Positions 31,714 through 46,534 of a stretch of 64,000 nt of DNA are shown in pieces. The notes under the pieces are model-generated. The model searched no databases. It saw only the letters and a program-made list of their open reading frames with translations, and was not told the DNA's origin. Numbering within the stretch: position 1 is the first letter of the stretch; each line of letters starts with the position of its first letter. Origin of the DNA: the human T2T-CHM13v2.0 reference genome, Homo sapiens; NCBI GenBank assembly GCA_009914755.4, contig CP068257.2, forward strand, positions 24,032,001 through 24,096,000, read 5' to 3'. A program made the translations under genes and the position numbers.

Positions 31714-32023
31714 GTTTTTTTGTTTGTTTGTTTGTTTTTCAGACAGAGTCTTGCTCTGTTGCCCAGGCTGGAGTGCAGTGGTGGCAAAATCTCCACTCAA
31801 TACAACCTCCACCTCCCAGGTTCAAGTGATTCTCATGTCTCAGCCTCCCAAATAGCTGGGATTACAAGTGTGCACCAACACACCCAGCTCATCTTTGTAT
31901 TTTTAGTACAGATGGGGTTTCGCTATGTTGGCCAGGCTGGTCTCGAACTCCTGGCCTCAAGTGATCTGCCTGCCTTGGCCTTCCAAAGTGCTGGGATTAC
32001 AGGTGTGAGCTATTGTGCCCGGC
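31714..32023 (-). mobile_element. Alu (S), 85 bp downstream of the JAM2 exon 7 donor; TSD ctcctagNaagtt
   Basis: Reverse orientation. Confidence 0.9.
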
Positions 32024-32270
32024 CCTCTCCTAGCAAGTTTTAACAAACTCTGGAGAATATTGTTCATTTATTTTCTGCTATAGAAAATGTTCAGGATGAC
32101 ATGCAGGTGGCTTATGAAACACCTTGGCAAACCTAGGGAGAAAAGGCAGAACTGCCTAGTTGCACATTCCAGGGAGCACCACAGAATATGCAAGAGGCAT
32201 CCTTGGAGTGGTGCAGTGCAGCGAGACAGAGATATTCAATGTGAACGGATATTTATAGTATCTTTGCATG

Positions 32271-32578
<308 letters not shown>

Positions 32579-32597
32579 ACAAGATATTTTTAAGTTA

Positions 32598-33137
<540 letters not shown>

Positions 33138-33395
33138 TCACACCTCCATTTGATAATGCAATAGGTTTGATGTAAATGGGTGGGATTTAAAAATGTTTTA
33201 TTCTCTTAATGCATTTCTTCACTCCCTCTTTAATATTATTGGAGAGCTCAGAAGCTGCAGCATTCTATCAGGGCCACTGGCAATAGTGTGTAAAATAAAA
33301 TTCTTAATTGAATTATAAATTTATAGCATATACAAGTTCTAGACCCATTGTTTTACAGCGAACATTAATTTCGGAATTTAGATTTTTAAAACAAT

Positions 33396-33690
33396 TTTTT
33401 TTTTTTGAGACAGGGTCTCACTCTGTCACCCATGCCTGGTGCAGTGGTGTGATCAAGGCTCACTGCAGCCTTGACTTTCCGGGCTCAAGCAGTCCTCCCA
33501 CCTCAGCCTTCTCAAGTAGCTGGGACTACAGGCACATACCACCACACCTGGCTAATTTTCTTTTATTTTTTGTGGAGACAGGTTCTTGCTCTGTTGTTCA
33601 GGCTGGTATTGAACTCCTGGGATCAAGGAATCTTCCCATCCCAACCTCCCAAAATGCTAGGATTACAGGTGTGAGCCACCACTCTTGGCC
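33396..33690 (-). mobile_element. Alu (J)
   Basis: Reverse orientation. Confidence 0.8.
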
Positions 33691-33828
33691 TTTAAAAATA
33701 TATTTTATGCCAAAAATAAACTTAAATATAAAATGTGTTCCTAATAATACCTACAACTAGGTATTATGTCTCATAAAATGTTTCCGTGGACATGGATTCA
33801 AAGAGATGCCCTATAATTAAGAATAACT

Positions 33829-34127
33829 GGGCTGGGTGTGGTGGCTCACACTTGCATTCCCAACACTTTGGGAGGCCGAGGCAGGAGGATCACTTGAGTC
33901 CAGGACTTCACGACCAGCCTGGGAAACATAGGGAGACCCTTTCTTTACAAAAAATAAAAAATAAGCCAGGCATCGTTGCACACACCTTTAGTTCCAGCTA
34001 CTCAGGAGGCTAAAGTAGGAGGATCGCTTGAGCGCAGAAGGTCGAGGCTGCAGTGAGTTGTAATCTCACCACTGCACTCCAAGCTGGATAACAGAGCAAG
34101 ACACTGACCAAACAAACAAACAAAAAG
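33829..34127 (+). mobile_element. Alu (J) with a (CAAA)n tail
   Basis: gggctgggtgtggtggctcacacttg.. Confidence 0.8.
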
Positions 34128-34665
34128 AGCGGCTCTGTCAATTAATACTTGTTCAGTGCTTCAATTTAGCCCACTTTAATGTAACTTTATGAATTGAATC
34201 CAGCTGTGGCCCCCTGCTGGTCATCAGTGAAAGTACAGACAAATAAGATAACTCTTCCAAAACTCTTGTCATCTTTATCTATAGCCTAAAATAATACTGG
34301 TCTGAGTTTTTTTAATGAGGAGTTAGTAAAAAAATTTTCCTAAAATATTGAATTAATTAAAAGTTGACTTGAATATTAGGAGTTCGTTACCTAAGAATGT
34401 TACTCTGATTTTTCATCTAGCAGAAAAATCTATCCAAGAGAAGCATATTCTTGAATATATGTTTAGGACAGAGGTTGGCAGACTACTATCTGTGGACCAA
34501 ATCTGCCCTCCCCGCCTATTTTTCTATGGCCTATGAACAAAAATGGCTTTACAGATGAACATTTACAATCTATTTGATGATAGGGCCCGCTGACTTTGAA
34601 CCCCAATTAAGAGAAATGTTATCTTCCCCAAAAGCATTCCATTTCTCTAACTAGTAGGCCTGTTT

Positions 34666-34710
34666 TTCAAGACTTTTATTATTATTGTTATTATTATTAT
34701 TATATTTTTA
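34666..34710 (+). repeat. (TTA)n microsatellite
   Basis: Seen in sequence. Confidence 0.85.
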
Positions 34711-34976
34711 TTTTATCCATAAAAATGTTTGGAAATTTGTTTGCTCTCTTGTTACTTAAGTACCTATATAGTATCCTCTTGGCCCCAAAGCCTAAAATGG
34801 TTGCTGTATGGCTCTTTACCAAAAAAGTTTGCCAACTCTTAATTTAGAAGGTATAAACGTCAGCAAGTGAAGATTAAAATTAATAAAAATAAATTAAACC
34901 CAAACTCATTTTTATATGAATCTGTATCATACCATAATAACCCTTGCATTAATGATATATACTTTTTCTTTTGTAG

Positions 34977-34992
34977 AAGAAACCTCCTTCCA
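34977..34992 (+). CDS. JAM2: JAM2 16-nt micro-exon (K)ETSF(Q)
   Basis: Needed to keep the frame between the TM exon and the SNSSSKATTMSEN exon; strong acceptor tttttcttttgtag| and consensus donor |gtaagtat. Confidence 0.8.
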
Positions 34993-35140
34993 GTAAGTAT
35001 ACTTTCCTACAATGCATGTCTTTCTCCTATGTCAACTAATTTTCTATTAATCATCTGTTTAAAGTCAAAAGAGAGAAGTTGGGTTATTTGTGTAGGTTTA
35101 CTCTCACAAGAAGTTACTCAAGTTTATCAAGAAATACATC

Positions 35141-35555
35141 TGTATTAGGCTGTTCTTGCATTGCTGTAAGAAAATACCCGAGACTGGGTAGTTTATTGTA
35201 AAAAGAGGTTTAATTGGCTCACGGTTCTGCAAGCTGTACAATCCTGGCACCAACACTGCTTGGCTTTTGGGGAGGCCTCAGGAAGCTTTTTACTCATGGC
35301 TGAAGGCAAAGCGGGAGCAGGCACGTCACATGGCAAAAGCAGGAGCAAGGTTGGGGAGGTGCCACATACTTTTAAACAACCAGATTTCAAGAAAACTCAG
35401 TCACTATTCTGAGGACAGCATCAAGGGGGCGGTACTAAACCATTCATGAGAAATCCGCCCCCATGATTTAATCGGCTCCAACAAACCCCACCTCCAACAT
35501 TGGGGATTACAATTCAACATAAGATTTGGGCAAGGCAAATATCCAGACTCTATCA
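35141..35555 (-). mobile_element. MST/THE1-type MaLR solo LTR
   Basis: Same family as the 492-1388 copy (shared ggctcacggttctgcaggctgtaca.. block). Confidence 0.7.
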
Positions 35556-35577
35556 ACATCCCACTTCACACTTCATA

Positions 35578-35663
35578 CCTACTTGTAAATGGTAGTACAG
35601 AGAGAATGATGATTACCCAGCCTACTTGTAAATGGTAGTACAGAGAGAATGATGATTACCCAG
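35578..35663 (+). repeat. Perfect 2× tandem duplication of a 43-bp unit (cctacttgtaaatggtagtacagagagaatgatgattacccag)
   Basis: Seen in sequence, immediately 3' of the MaLR LTR. Confidence 0.9.
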
Positions 35664-37882
35664 ACAAGAAATATGGTCACTAATTTGATTTCATAGGCAT
35701 TTGTATAAACTAACTTAAAAAAAATTTACTGTATTTTGCTAAATTGAAAATTTTCAAATAAAATTTTAGTTAACAGTCATTTTTTTATATTAATTGAATA
35801 CCAATTTTGTGCCTAACACTGTTCTAAGGAATGGGGATACAGCAGTGAACAAAACAGGCCAAAAACCCCACAAAACTCTGCCTTATGGAGCTTACATTCT
35901 AGTAGAGAAAGGCAGAAAATAAACAGGTAATACTATATAGTATATCAGATAGGGCCATTATGGAGAAAAATAAAACAAATAAGAGAATATACAATACAAA
36001 GGGTAGGAGTAGAGATTCTAATTTCAAATAGGGTGGTCAGAAAGGATCTCACTAAGTGATTTTTGAGAAAGGCCTGAAGAGGGTGAGGAAGCAAGTTGTG
36101 CAAATAACCATGAGAAGAGCGTTCAGGCAGAGGGGAGAGAGCAAATTGAAAGATCCTGAGGCCAGGCAAGCCTAGAATATCTGAGGGATGTCAGCGGGAC
36201 CAGGGTGGCTGGAACAGAATGAGAGAAACAGAGGAGATGAGCGTACAAAAGTAGCGGTGGGGGCAGATTGTAAGGAGTCCCTTTTAGGCAGTCGTGAGGA
36301 GTCTGGCTTTGGTCTGAGTAAGATAGAAAGTCACTGGAGGGCTTTAAGCAGAGGAGTGGTGTCATTTTAATTTTTCAAAACTCACACTGGCTTCTCTGTT
36401 AAGAATAAACTATGAGATGACAAAAGGTGGAAGCAGGGAGATCAGTTAGCAAACTACCACACTAAGTGAGGCAAGAGAAAATGGTGGCTGGTGCCAAAGC
36501 AGTGTTGGAGATGCTGAGAAGTGACAGTGTTTTGGATATAATGTTTTAATAACTTGCTGATCTGTTGGATGTGGGCTGTGAGAGAAGCAGAGAAATCGAA
36601 GATGGCTTCAAGGTTATGAGAAGGATGGAATTACCATTTACGGAAGTGTGGAAGATTTTAAGAGGAGAGAGTTTGGGAGTGGTGATGGGAATAAGTGGAG
36701 AGGTTGGAGTGTTTGGAATTTTAATATTTGATATGCTTATTTGATTCCAAGTAGAGGTTATCAGTAACTGAATATTCAAAATCTAGAGTTTGGGGAAATA
36801 ACTGGAAATGGAATTGTAGGAGTCATTGGTACATGAAATATGGGTGAGCTCCCCAACGCCCTGTAGTTTGTGTGTACTTGTTTTATGACTGTCCTTCTTG
36901 TATGTACAGATCTGGCAGACCTAACTTTGGCTCTATGGGCGTAGAGAGAAGATGGATGACAAACTATCTGAGGCTATGGCAGCTGGGAGTGGAGAAGATA
37001 TACTGAAGCCATGGCTTCAGACAGTTTGTCATCTCCTAATTCCTTTGAAGAATCATCTGCCATTGACTTCCTGTTCCCAGATTTCTGGCTCAATCCTGGT
37101 CTCTCAGTCTCGTAAGATCCTAATACAAGTCTAGGTTGAAGTTCAGATTATCAAGAATTAGCAGTAATAAAGCCAGTGAGTTCAGAAGGGCAGGGTAGCT
37201 GGAAAGTGTTGCTACTTCCCACCCCTAACCTCCAGGTGATTGTGAGGACTTCTGCTTTTATTGAGTGACACGAAAAGTAATTGGAAGGTTTTGAGCAGAG
37301 GGGAGACATCATCTTACGTAAGTGGGAAGGGTGACATAGCTGCAGTGAGGGAGGTTATTCTTCTATCAGTATCTCTAGCAAATCAAGTAGTAATCTGGTG
37401 GGGAATAACTTCATTCCTAGACATATGCCCTCACATTCATTAAATCTGTGGCCTTCAAAATATGTTCAATAACGAAATGGATGACTGGAACACTAGTCAC
37501 CATGTAAAACTTTTTCCACGGAAAAATAAATAAATTTTGAGATTATAATAGTCAAGCTTTCAAAATATTAAATGTTAATATATTAAATTAAAAGTTAGTA
37601 AGTCTCTGGTTTGTGTATTCCACAAAAATCTTTAGTATACTAGCCACAAGCTACATTTACGTGCACAAGGCTTCACACTGATGTTTTGTTGCATGACTTT
37701 CTCTGTGAATATTGTCTGTAAATATAAGAAATTCAGTAAGAATTGTCTTTTTTTCTACCTAAGATATATGTTCATGTTCTTGCTGAGAAAATGTATGGAA
37801 GTAAAATTAACTAAAAGAGCATATATGTTCCAGATTGGAAGTGATAATGTAGTAAATATTGTCTTTTATATTCCACAAACAG

Positions 37883-37925
37883 GAAGAGTAATTCTTCATC
37901 TAAAGCCACGACAATGAGTGAAAAT
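37883..37925 (+). CDS. JAM2: JAM2 coding exon 9 (43 nt); KSNSSSKATTMSEN cytoplasmic tail
   Basis: Translation matches JAM2; acceptor caaacag|, donor |gtgagt. Confidence 0.88.
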
Positions 37926-38394
37926 GTGAGTATCTTTAAAGCATATTTATAGAATGAATATGTTTGGGGAATAGGGCAGGGAAATGAAGTAATTATATGG
38001 ACTTTGTGAATTTTCACTTTTAATACACTTTGCACCAGTGTCTATCACTGGTGTTTAAAAGGAGCTAAGTAGATGTTAGCTTCTGTACCCTGTCTAGGAT
38101 GGCATGATAAAGATACCTGGCATTTCCAATAGCAGAAGTGATCTTTAATCATATCATTATTTGTTTCATGGTATTTTCTATAATTAGTCTGCCTTCTTAG
38201 TATCACTAGGTCTGGCATTATCAGCTCCCTTTGACAGATGAGTAAATTAAAACACAGGTTCTTACAGGGTAACAGTGGTGGAGCTGGGACCCAGGCTCTT
38301 TTCTTCCCTGTAGCTTGACCAAGCAGAGTGGTTCCAGCAGAGCTGTGGTTCTAGGACTCACCTTTGGTTATGTGAAGCACTTGGAACATTTTAG

Positions 38395-38765
38395 GGCTAT
38401 GCAATGTCTTAGTCATTTGGGCTGCTATAACAAAAATACCATACACTGGGTAATTTACAAACAACAAATTTATTTTCAGTTTTGGAGGCCAGGAAGTCCA
38501 CAATCAAGGCACCAGTAGACTCAATGTCTAGTGAGAGCCTGTTCCTCATAGATGGAGACTTCCTGCTGTGTCCTCACATAGTAGCAGGGGCAAAACAAGC
38601 ACCCTCTGGCCTCTTTGGTACGGGCACTAGCTCCATTCATGAAGGTCCTGCCCTCATCACCTAATCACCTCCTAAAGGCCCCACCTCTTAATAGTATTGC
38701 ATTAGGGATTAGGTTTCAACATATGAATTTTGGGTGACACAAACATTCAGACCAGAGCACAGAAT
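38395..38765 (-). mobile_element. MLT1-type (older MaLR) LTR
   Basis: ..tgggctgctataacaaaaataccatacactgggt.. ..tatgaattttgggtgacacaaacattcagacc = reverse complement of the MLT1 consensus termini. Confidence 0.6.
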
Positions 38766-39767
38766 ATCCTGTTATAATTGAAAGGAACATTTCAGAAATG
38801 TTTGAAAAGACGCAGTAATTACCTAACTCAGAGGTTTTAAGGAACATAATTTAGACACTTGGACCCTTTGTAAACACTACATTGATGCAGCAAATACCAT
38901 TGTTACTCAGATTTTGTAGCTCTTTGGATGGATATTCAGCCTTCTGGATGATTTTCTCAGGAATATAGTGGGTTGGGGCAGGGGGAGTTCCTATGGTTTT
39001 AGAGGCCTAAGTCGTTTCTTGAGAAACAAAGCATGGGTTCTCAGAAATGCTTTACTCATCTATGGCAGGAATTCTGTCAGATTTCTTCTCAGTAGAGTCT
39101 GGGGGGTGGGGTGGGGCGGGGGAGCCTGGACATCAGTATTTTAAATGCTTACCCACTTTTCTGTAAAAATTTGATTTTCAAAAACTGTTCCAGAAACTAT
39201 TACAGAATTCACCTTATTTTGTGGTTTACTACACTGAAAGCTTACTGATGTTTAATTAGGGGACAAGAAACTTTGTTCCCACCATTTTTGTGCCTACAAT
39301 TTATGGAAAGTCTTTGTTTCTGCAATTTACAGAAAGTACTCTTGGAGTGTGGAATCGAATACTCCCATCCCTCCAAACAGTATGAAGCACATTGTGGCTA
39401 AACTGAATGAACAAAAGCCATTTATTTTTTCTTTGCCTTCCTCTCAGTTGCCCTTATCAACTAACAGCTAGAGTCCCCTTCAGTTCTCTTGTGCCCTACC
39501 ACAGGGTTTCTCAACCTCAGCACTACTGATATTTTGGGCCACATCATTCTTTGGTGTAAGGTGCTGTCCTGTACATCATAGGATGTGTAGCCACAGGCCT
39601 GGCCTCCAACACCAGATGCCGGGGCATCCTCCTAACAGGATTTGTCTGCCTCTGCCTTCCAGTCCTACCTCTTTACTCTCTAGGCAAAGCTTCAGAGTAC
39701 CTTGTCTGCTAGGAGTTAGTTAGTTAATTCCCCATAAAACAAGTTTAATTAAATATATACTGGTTTT

Positions 39768-40114
<347 letters not shown>

Positions 40115-40182
40115 TCATAAGATTTATGTTTCTTTAAATATGAATTCATATATTTAAACCTGTTTTTTCTTTCTTTTCCTAG

Positions 40183-40215
40183 GATTTCAAGCACACAAAA
40201 TCCTTTATAATTTAA
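40183..40215 (+). CDS. JAM2: JAM2 last coding exon: DFKHTKSFII* with C-terminal PDZ-binding motif; stop TAA 40213-40215
   Basis: Acceptor ttttcctag|; translation matches the JAM2 C-terminus; the class-II PDZ ligand FII is typical of JAMs. Confidence 0.9.
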   Translation, partial: DFKHTKSFII

Positions 40216-43200
40216 AGACTCCACTTTAGAGATACACCAAAGCCACCGTTGTTACACAAGTTATTAAACTATTATAAAACTCTGCTTTGTCCGACATTTG
40301 CAAAGAGGTACACGAGGAAATGGAATTGGTATTTCATTTTAATTTTCATGACTACTAACTCACCTGAACTTGCTATTTTAAACAAATAGTTCTGTCGACA
40401 CCTAAAATATAATCTGGCTTCTTGTGTCTGGACTAAGTTAAAAGAATTAAAATACTTTGTAATGTCCTGGGCTTTGGGAAATGTTAACCACGTCCTAACT
40501 TCTAGAGAACGTTACTAAAATATAACATACTGATTGTGAAGTCAATCCACAGGTCATGAAAATATAAATCAGACTCTGCACGAGAGTCTGATTTAGGGGG
40601 TCCAACAAATACTCTGACAGATGCAAAAGGAACCTCTGGTCTCATTTCTGCCAGAATCCTCTTTTCTCCCCTAATATCATCCTTATTCTGATGCTCGTTC
40701 ATCACTAACACACCCACAGAAAGGAGGAAGCGGGATGGGTCTTATGCCCAAGGATTTGCACTTTGTGTTTACTTCCATTCCTGGGAACTAAAAGCAACAT
40801 CAAAAGAAATGCCTAATGGCTGGAGCCCACAGGTGTGCACCACAGGATTTGCCTGGTGTGTGTCACTGATTTCTTCATTAAACGTAATTTAGATGGTCAA
40901 ACACAAACCCAAGTGGCTTATTTCACCCCTACTGCTGCTTGCCACTGCTTCCTTCTTGTAAGATTTCTTTGAAGAGGATCAGTGACTTTGACATCAGAAC
41001 TCACCACTGGAGCCTACACAAGTTTGCAGATACCTTTCCCTGCAGGAGTGGTGACTTCACATCTTTCTGTCTCTAAAAATTGTGCAGTGACATTCCGGGC
41101 CAAGTCCCTTAGTCAGGGGTTGACAATTCTGCTTTTGGACAAGGAGGGATGTGGAGGGAAGAAGTAATAGTCTACCAGGAAAATGAGACGAAAAAGCTCA
41201 GTATGACTCCCTGCATCTGGTACCCCTCTTGAAACACAGTGGGCACATGAGCAATGGCTCAAACGAAAAGTGGATCTAATGTGGGTTTCTCAACCGATGA
41301 ACCACAAAAGCTTCCAGCTACTATTACAATGTGAAAATTCCAATGATCCGTTTACCAGAGCAATTAGACTATGTTAAAAATTCATATCATTTGTAACTTC
41401 TTTTAATTACTGAATTGATATTAAAAACAAAATATGGCTAGGGCATGTCCTATTCTTCTGGGCAAATGTGGATGAAAAGGTCACTTGCTACCTTTGACAA
41501 CTATGAACATGATGGTTAATCTTCTTTCTTTTTTTTTTTTTTTTTTTTGAGACGGAGTCTCACTCTGTCGCCCAGGCTGGAGTACAGTGGCACAATCTTG
41601 GCTCACTGCAACCTCCGCCTCCCCTCCGCCTCCCAGATTCAAGCACTTCTCCTGCCTCAGCCTCCCAAGTAGCTGAGATTATAGGCGTGTACCACCACAC
41701 CTGGCTAATTTTTGTATTTTAGTAGAGAAGGGTTTCACCATGTTGGCCAGGCTGGTCTCAAACCTCTGACCTCAAATGATCCACCCCCATCAGCCTCCCA
41801 AAGTGCTGGGATTATAGGCATGAGCCACTGCACTGGGCAGGTTAATCTTCTTTCAAAAGAGTCTGCTCTTTCTACCCAATTGGCGAAGCAAATCCCCAGG
41901 ATTCACCGAACAAATGGATTAAGCACCCACTGAGTGCCTAGCATGTGCCTGGACACCAGGCCACCGGGAAGATGCTCCCCCTTTGACTTGTCTATGACAT
42001 GCTATGTCTCTCACCAGATCCCTTCCTGGAGGTCGGGCTTCTGTAACATGGCTCTGCCCCCAAAATAAAATTTTCACCGCGAGTCAGGGATCGGCAAACA
42101 TTTTCTGTAAAGAGCCAGAAAGTAGATATTTTAAGTCATAAGGTCCCTGTTAACAACTACTTGACTCTGCCATTGTAGCACAAAGGCAGCCACAGACAAA
42201 ACAAGCAAGTAGTCATGTCTGTGTTCCAATAAGACTTTATTTACAAAAACAGCAGGCACAGACAAGATTTGGCCCACAGGCATAGATTCCCAACTCATGG
42301 TGGTGAAGTACAGAAAAAAACACCTGTCTACAAGCTTTTGTAAGAAATCAGGCTAAATGTTACCTATGTTTTGGTTGGAAGATTTCTTTGGTTTGAGGAA
42401 TGCTTTCCTCTTGCATTGGCATGCCAAGAGGATAGATGACTCTGAAAGACGCCTCTTCAGACATACCTGTCATCACACAAGATCAACTTCTTCAGTTTAA
42501 ATGACACAAATCCATATTGTGGAAGGAAAATATGTAGTGCCTTAGCTTCACTAATAGTTGTAAAACTTCTTTTTAAGACATCAAAGGCTAGAGGATTCAT
42601 TTTATGCAGTGCGAACATCTAATAACACTCTCTGTGTCAAATATATATTGTACATTACCTTAAACTATTGTAATAGCTAGGTAAAAATCCTTGTATAAAA
42701 GAATGTTTTCCCCCACACAAAGGGCAGAGTATTGAGCACTAATTTCCTATTAAAAGTATATATATGTATCTGTGGGTCACTGGTGTCCAGACTTGTATTT
42801 GCATTTGTGTTTACTTGAGGAACTTGAACACTAACAACTGGTAAAATCCCATTGTAATTCTTACAGCATTTTGACTTTATTTTCCTGCAGTGAATTGTGT
42901 TGTGTAAAGATTAGGGCTTTAAAATCTTATTAGCAAGCTTTGTTTTGTTTTAATTATTGTTGCTGTTGTAACTAGATTTAATTTATTTTTAGTTGGAGGT
43001 TTGACCTAAGTCTGGACCAATTGATTGCTTTTCAATACAACTTTGCAAAGAACTTCCTTTTTCCACAGGTGGCTTTGTTCGATTAAAGTCTACACTAATA
43101 AAAATAGCTGAACTTGTTAAACTTTTTAGCCCCATATAACAGTGCAGGGAAAGAGTCATCCACCTATTGTTATTCATAAAACCCAGGAAACTACACCCTC

Positions 43201-43330
43201 TTACCTTCTGTAGCTACAAGGCTAGCTGCTGGTTAGCTGCTTAAGATTAGAATGTCATCATCTCTGGATGGCTGCCAACTTCTCAAATGCTGAGAAAAAT
43301 GCTCTGAAAATAAAAAGCAACAACTATTTA
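40216..43330 (+). other. JAM2: JAM2 3' UTR, extent uncertain; candidate poly(A) signals ATTAAA 40261-40266, AATAAA 42064-42069 and 43309-43314
   Basis: Directly follows the stop codon; hexamers seen in sequence; the true cleavage site cannot be fixed without cDNA. Confidence 0.3.
41530..41838 (-). mobile_element. Alu (S); TSD ggttaatcttctttc
   Basis: 15-bp direct repeat on both flanks. Confidence 0.9.
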
Positions 43331-43587
43331 TTGAACACTTTATATATGTCAGAGGTGGGGATGGATGGGGGTGAGGATGTAGAAAATCTCATTCATCTCA
43401 GCGATACTATAAAGTGGGTAATGTCATCATTTTGCAGATGAGGAAACAAGAGTTACTGACTTGTCAAGTTCATGGAGCTGAGGAGTGAGGAATCAGGGTC
43501 TGTGGGGACCCAGATCAGTCTGATCCAGGATGTTTCACACACCATGTTTTTCTCTACCCCCAGGCTGACTTCCTTTTAAATTCTTTG

Positions 43588-43873
43588 CTGTTATTGTTGA
43601 GATGGGGTTTTGCTCTGTCACCCAGGCTGGAGTTCAGTGCCGCGATCACGGCTTACTGCAGCTTTGACTTTCCAGGCTCAAGTGATTCCCCCAGCTCAGC
43701 CTCCCAAATAGGTGACACCACAGGTGTGTGCCATGCCCAGTTAATTATTTATTATATTTTTGTAGAAGGGGGGTCTTGCCACGTCGCCAGGCTGGTCTCA
43801 AACTCCTTGACTCAAGCGCTCCTCCCTCTTCGGCCTCCGAAACTGCTGGCATTACTATAGGCCTAAGCCCGGT
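43588..43873 (-). mobile_element. Alu (J)
   Basis: Reverse orientation. Confidence 0.8.
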
Positions 43874-43899
43874 CCTTTTATTTATCTATTTATTTTTAA

Positions 43900-44197
<298 letters not shown>

Positions 44198-45997
44198 AGC
44201 CCAGTCCTTTTAAATTCTTGTGCGCTTCTCTGTCACACTTTCCTTTCACCCCCAGTTATCTCTGGCCCCTCATCGCCTTCCTGGTCTCACTGCCAGACAA
44301 AATACCTTTTTGTCATGCCTTTCCCCTAACCCAGTCTAAATATCACAGTGGGCCATTTCATTCTCTTCCACTCTCCTCTCATTCTCCGAAGATGCCCAAA
44401 TCTCTAATATTATTTTGAAAAATATTGAGGCTAACCAGGATGAATGCATTTAAATCCTATCACCACCACTGCCCCCTCCTATCTCTAAATCTCTCCATCT
44501 TTAGCCTCCCATTTATTCACTGACTACATCATTCATTGTCTTATTTGATTCTTCAGTCACTACTTTCATCCTTTTATCTCAGGCTTTCAATAGCATCTCA
44601 ACGTTTATCTCCGGGAACTTCCACCCTCCAGTACCCTCTCAGTCACAACGTCAATCTCTCCAGTTCCAAAGGCTCCTTTTCCCTCTAATCTCTTCTTCCC
44701 CCCACCCCATCCATCAATTTGCCCCATTTCTCTCGAACCATGTCAACTCCCTTCTCCTTTCCCCTGGCTAAACCCTTTCACTCTTCCTTTACCTAGTCTA
44801 TCACAAAATCTAAACTCCTCAGCCTGGAATTCAAGGTTTCCCACCCATCACAGACATATCCCATCATATTGCCACAGCCTACGTATTCAGCTATATGTTC
44901 TACTAACTTCTTCGGTTGCCTCATGTACCCATTAAACTGAGCTATGGTCATTTTATCTTAACCCATTTCCCCCTCCTCTATACACTTACCTATAACACCC
45001 TATCCACCTGGAATGTTAATTCTCCTAACCACAAGACTTGTATATTCTATCTACTTATTAAGAGACAGGTCAAATTCCACCCCCTCTAGGACAGCCTTCT
45101 CTCATTTCCCCTGCTGGAAACTCTTTCTTCTCTGAATTTCCGTAACCCTTGATTCACTTACTGGTTTCTACCCCATAATAGGAATGAACATGTTTGACAC
45201 CCCTACCAATCTGGAAGCATTTTGAGAAAAGAACCATGTTTTACACAACTTTATAAGACCCAAAGAATTTAACAGCATCTAACGTGGTTGGTATTTAATG
45301 TGATAAATGAATTTTTAAAAATCAAAGGAACACTTGTCAAAGAGCAAATTTAGTATTTAACTATAAAATTTCCCCATAAATTTAGTTCAAATATTAATAA
45401 ATGATTGTATTCTGAAATATGTAATTATAATAGTTATCTAATATGTGAAGTTACAAAGTTGTTCCATGAATGAAGGCTGGATGGAAACTATTTTTCTCAT
45501 ACCAGTCTTTTAGCAATTAGACATGAATTTCCACACAGTTCTTAAGCTCTTCAAATATTTTTCCAACTTTCAAATTTTAAAATTTAATTTTTCATCTTTT
45601 GTTTTCTCTTTTTGGAACACTTTTAGTGTTAACAGTTGGTTAAGAAATTCAAGGTAAACTAAAAGCTTTCATTTGTGATACTTTCAATATTTGTTTACTT
45701 TTCAATATATGCTAAGTTTTTACTTGACCAGGTTTGAAAAAATGTACTAATTAAGACAAACTGGAGTGTAAAATGTCTTTTTACTTTCCACCAAGAAAAT
45801 GCTCTCAAAACAAGTTAAGTGTGTGTCAACAAAGGACCTGTTTACCTTCTTTGAGATTGAAAGCAGGCTGTTTCAAAGCTCCATTTCATGATCCTTTATT
45901 TTCAACTTCAAGTGTGCTATTTATAAAGTTTCTTAAAGATGGTATAAAAATAGAGATTTACCAAGAGCTATAGTTGGAGTCCTAAAGTTGCTTATGG

Positions 45998-46289
45998 TTT
46001 TTTTTTTTTTTTTTTGAAATGCAGTCTCGCTCTGTCACCCAGGCTGGAGTGCCGTGGCGCAAACTTGGTTCACTGCAGCCTCCTGGGTTCACGTAAGTCT
46101 CGTGCCTCAGCCTCCTGAGTAGCTAGGATTACCGGCACCGGCCAACATGCCTGGCTAATTTTTGTATTTTTAGTAGAGACAGGGTTTCACCATGTTGGCC
46201 AGGCTGATCTTGAACTCCTGACCTCAGTGATCTGCCTACCTCGGCCTCCCAAAGTGCTGGGATTACAGGTGTGAGCCACTGCGCCCAGC
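45998..46289 (-). mobile_element. Alu (S)
   Basis: T18 head, reverse orientation. Confidence 0.9.
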
Positions 46290-46534
46290 CAACTTCTTAA
46301 TTTCTCATTCTCAAACTTTCTTTCCAAATATTTACTATGGAATTTAACTACTGCTGAATTGAAGTTACTGTAGGTTAAGAAACATTTTCTTTCTAAATTT
46401 TAGGATAATATATACCAAAGAGAATGAATAAAAGTTTTACAAAGACGCTATGTTCATATAACAGGATGTTAATTGGGACTTTCTCTGTTGCCTAAAGACT
46501 AGAAACAAGTATCTCACTTTCTAGGGAAAATGAA

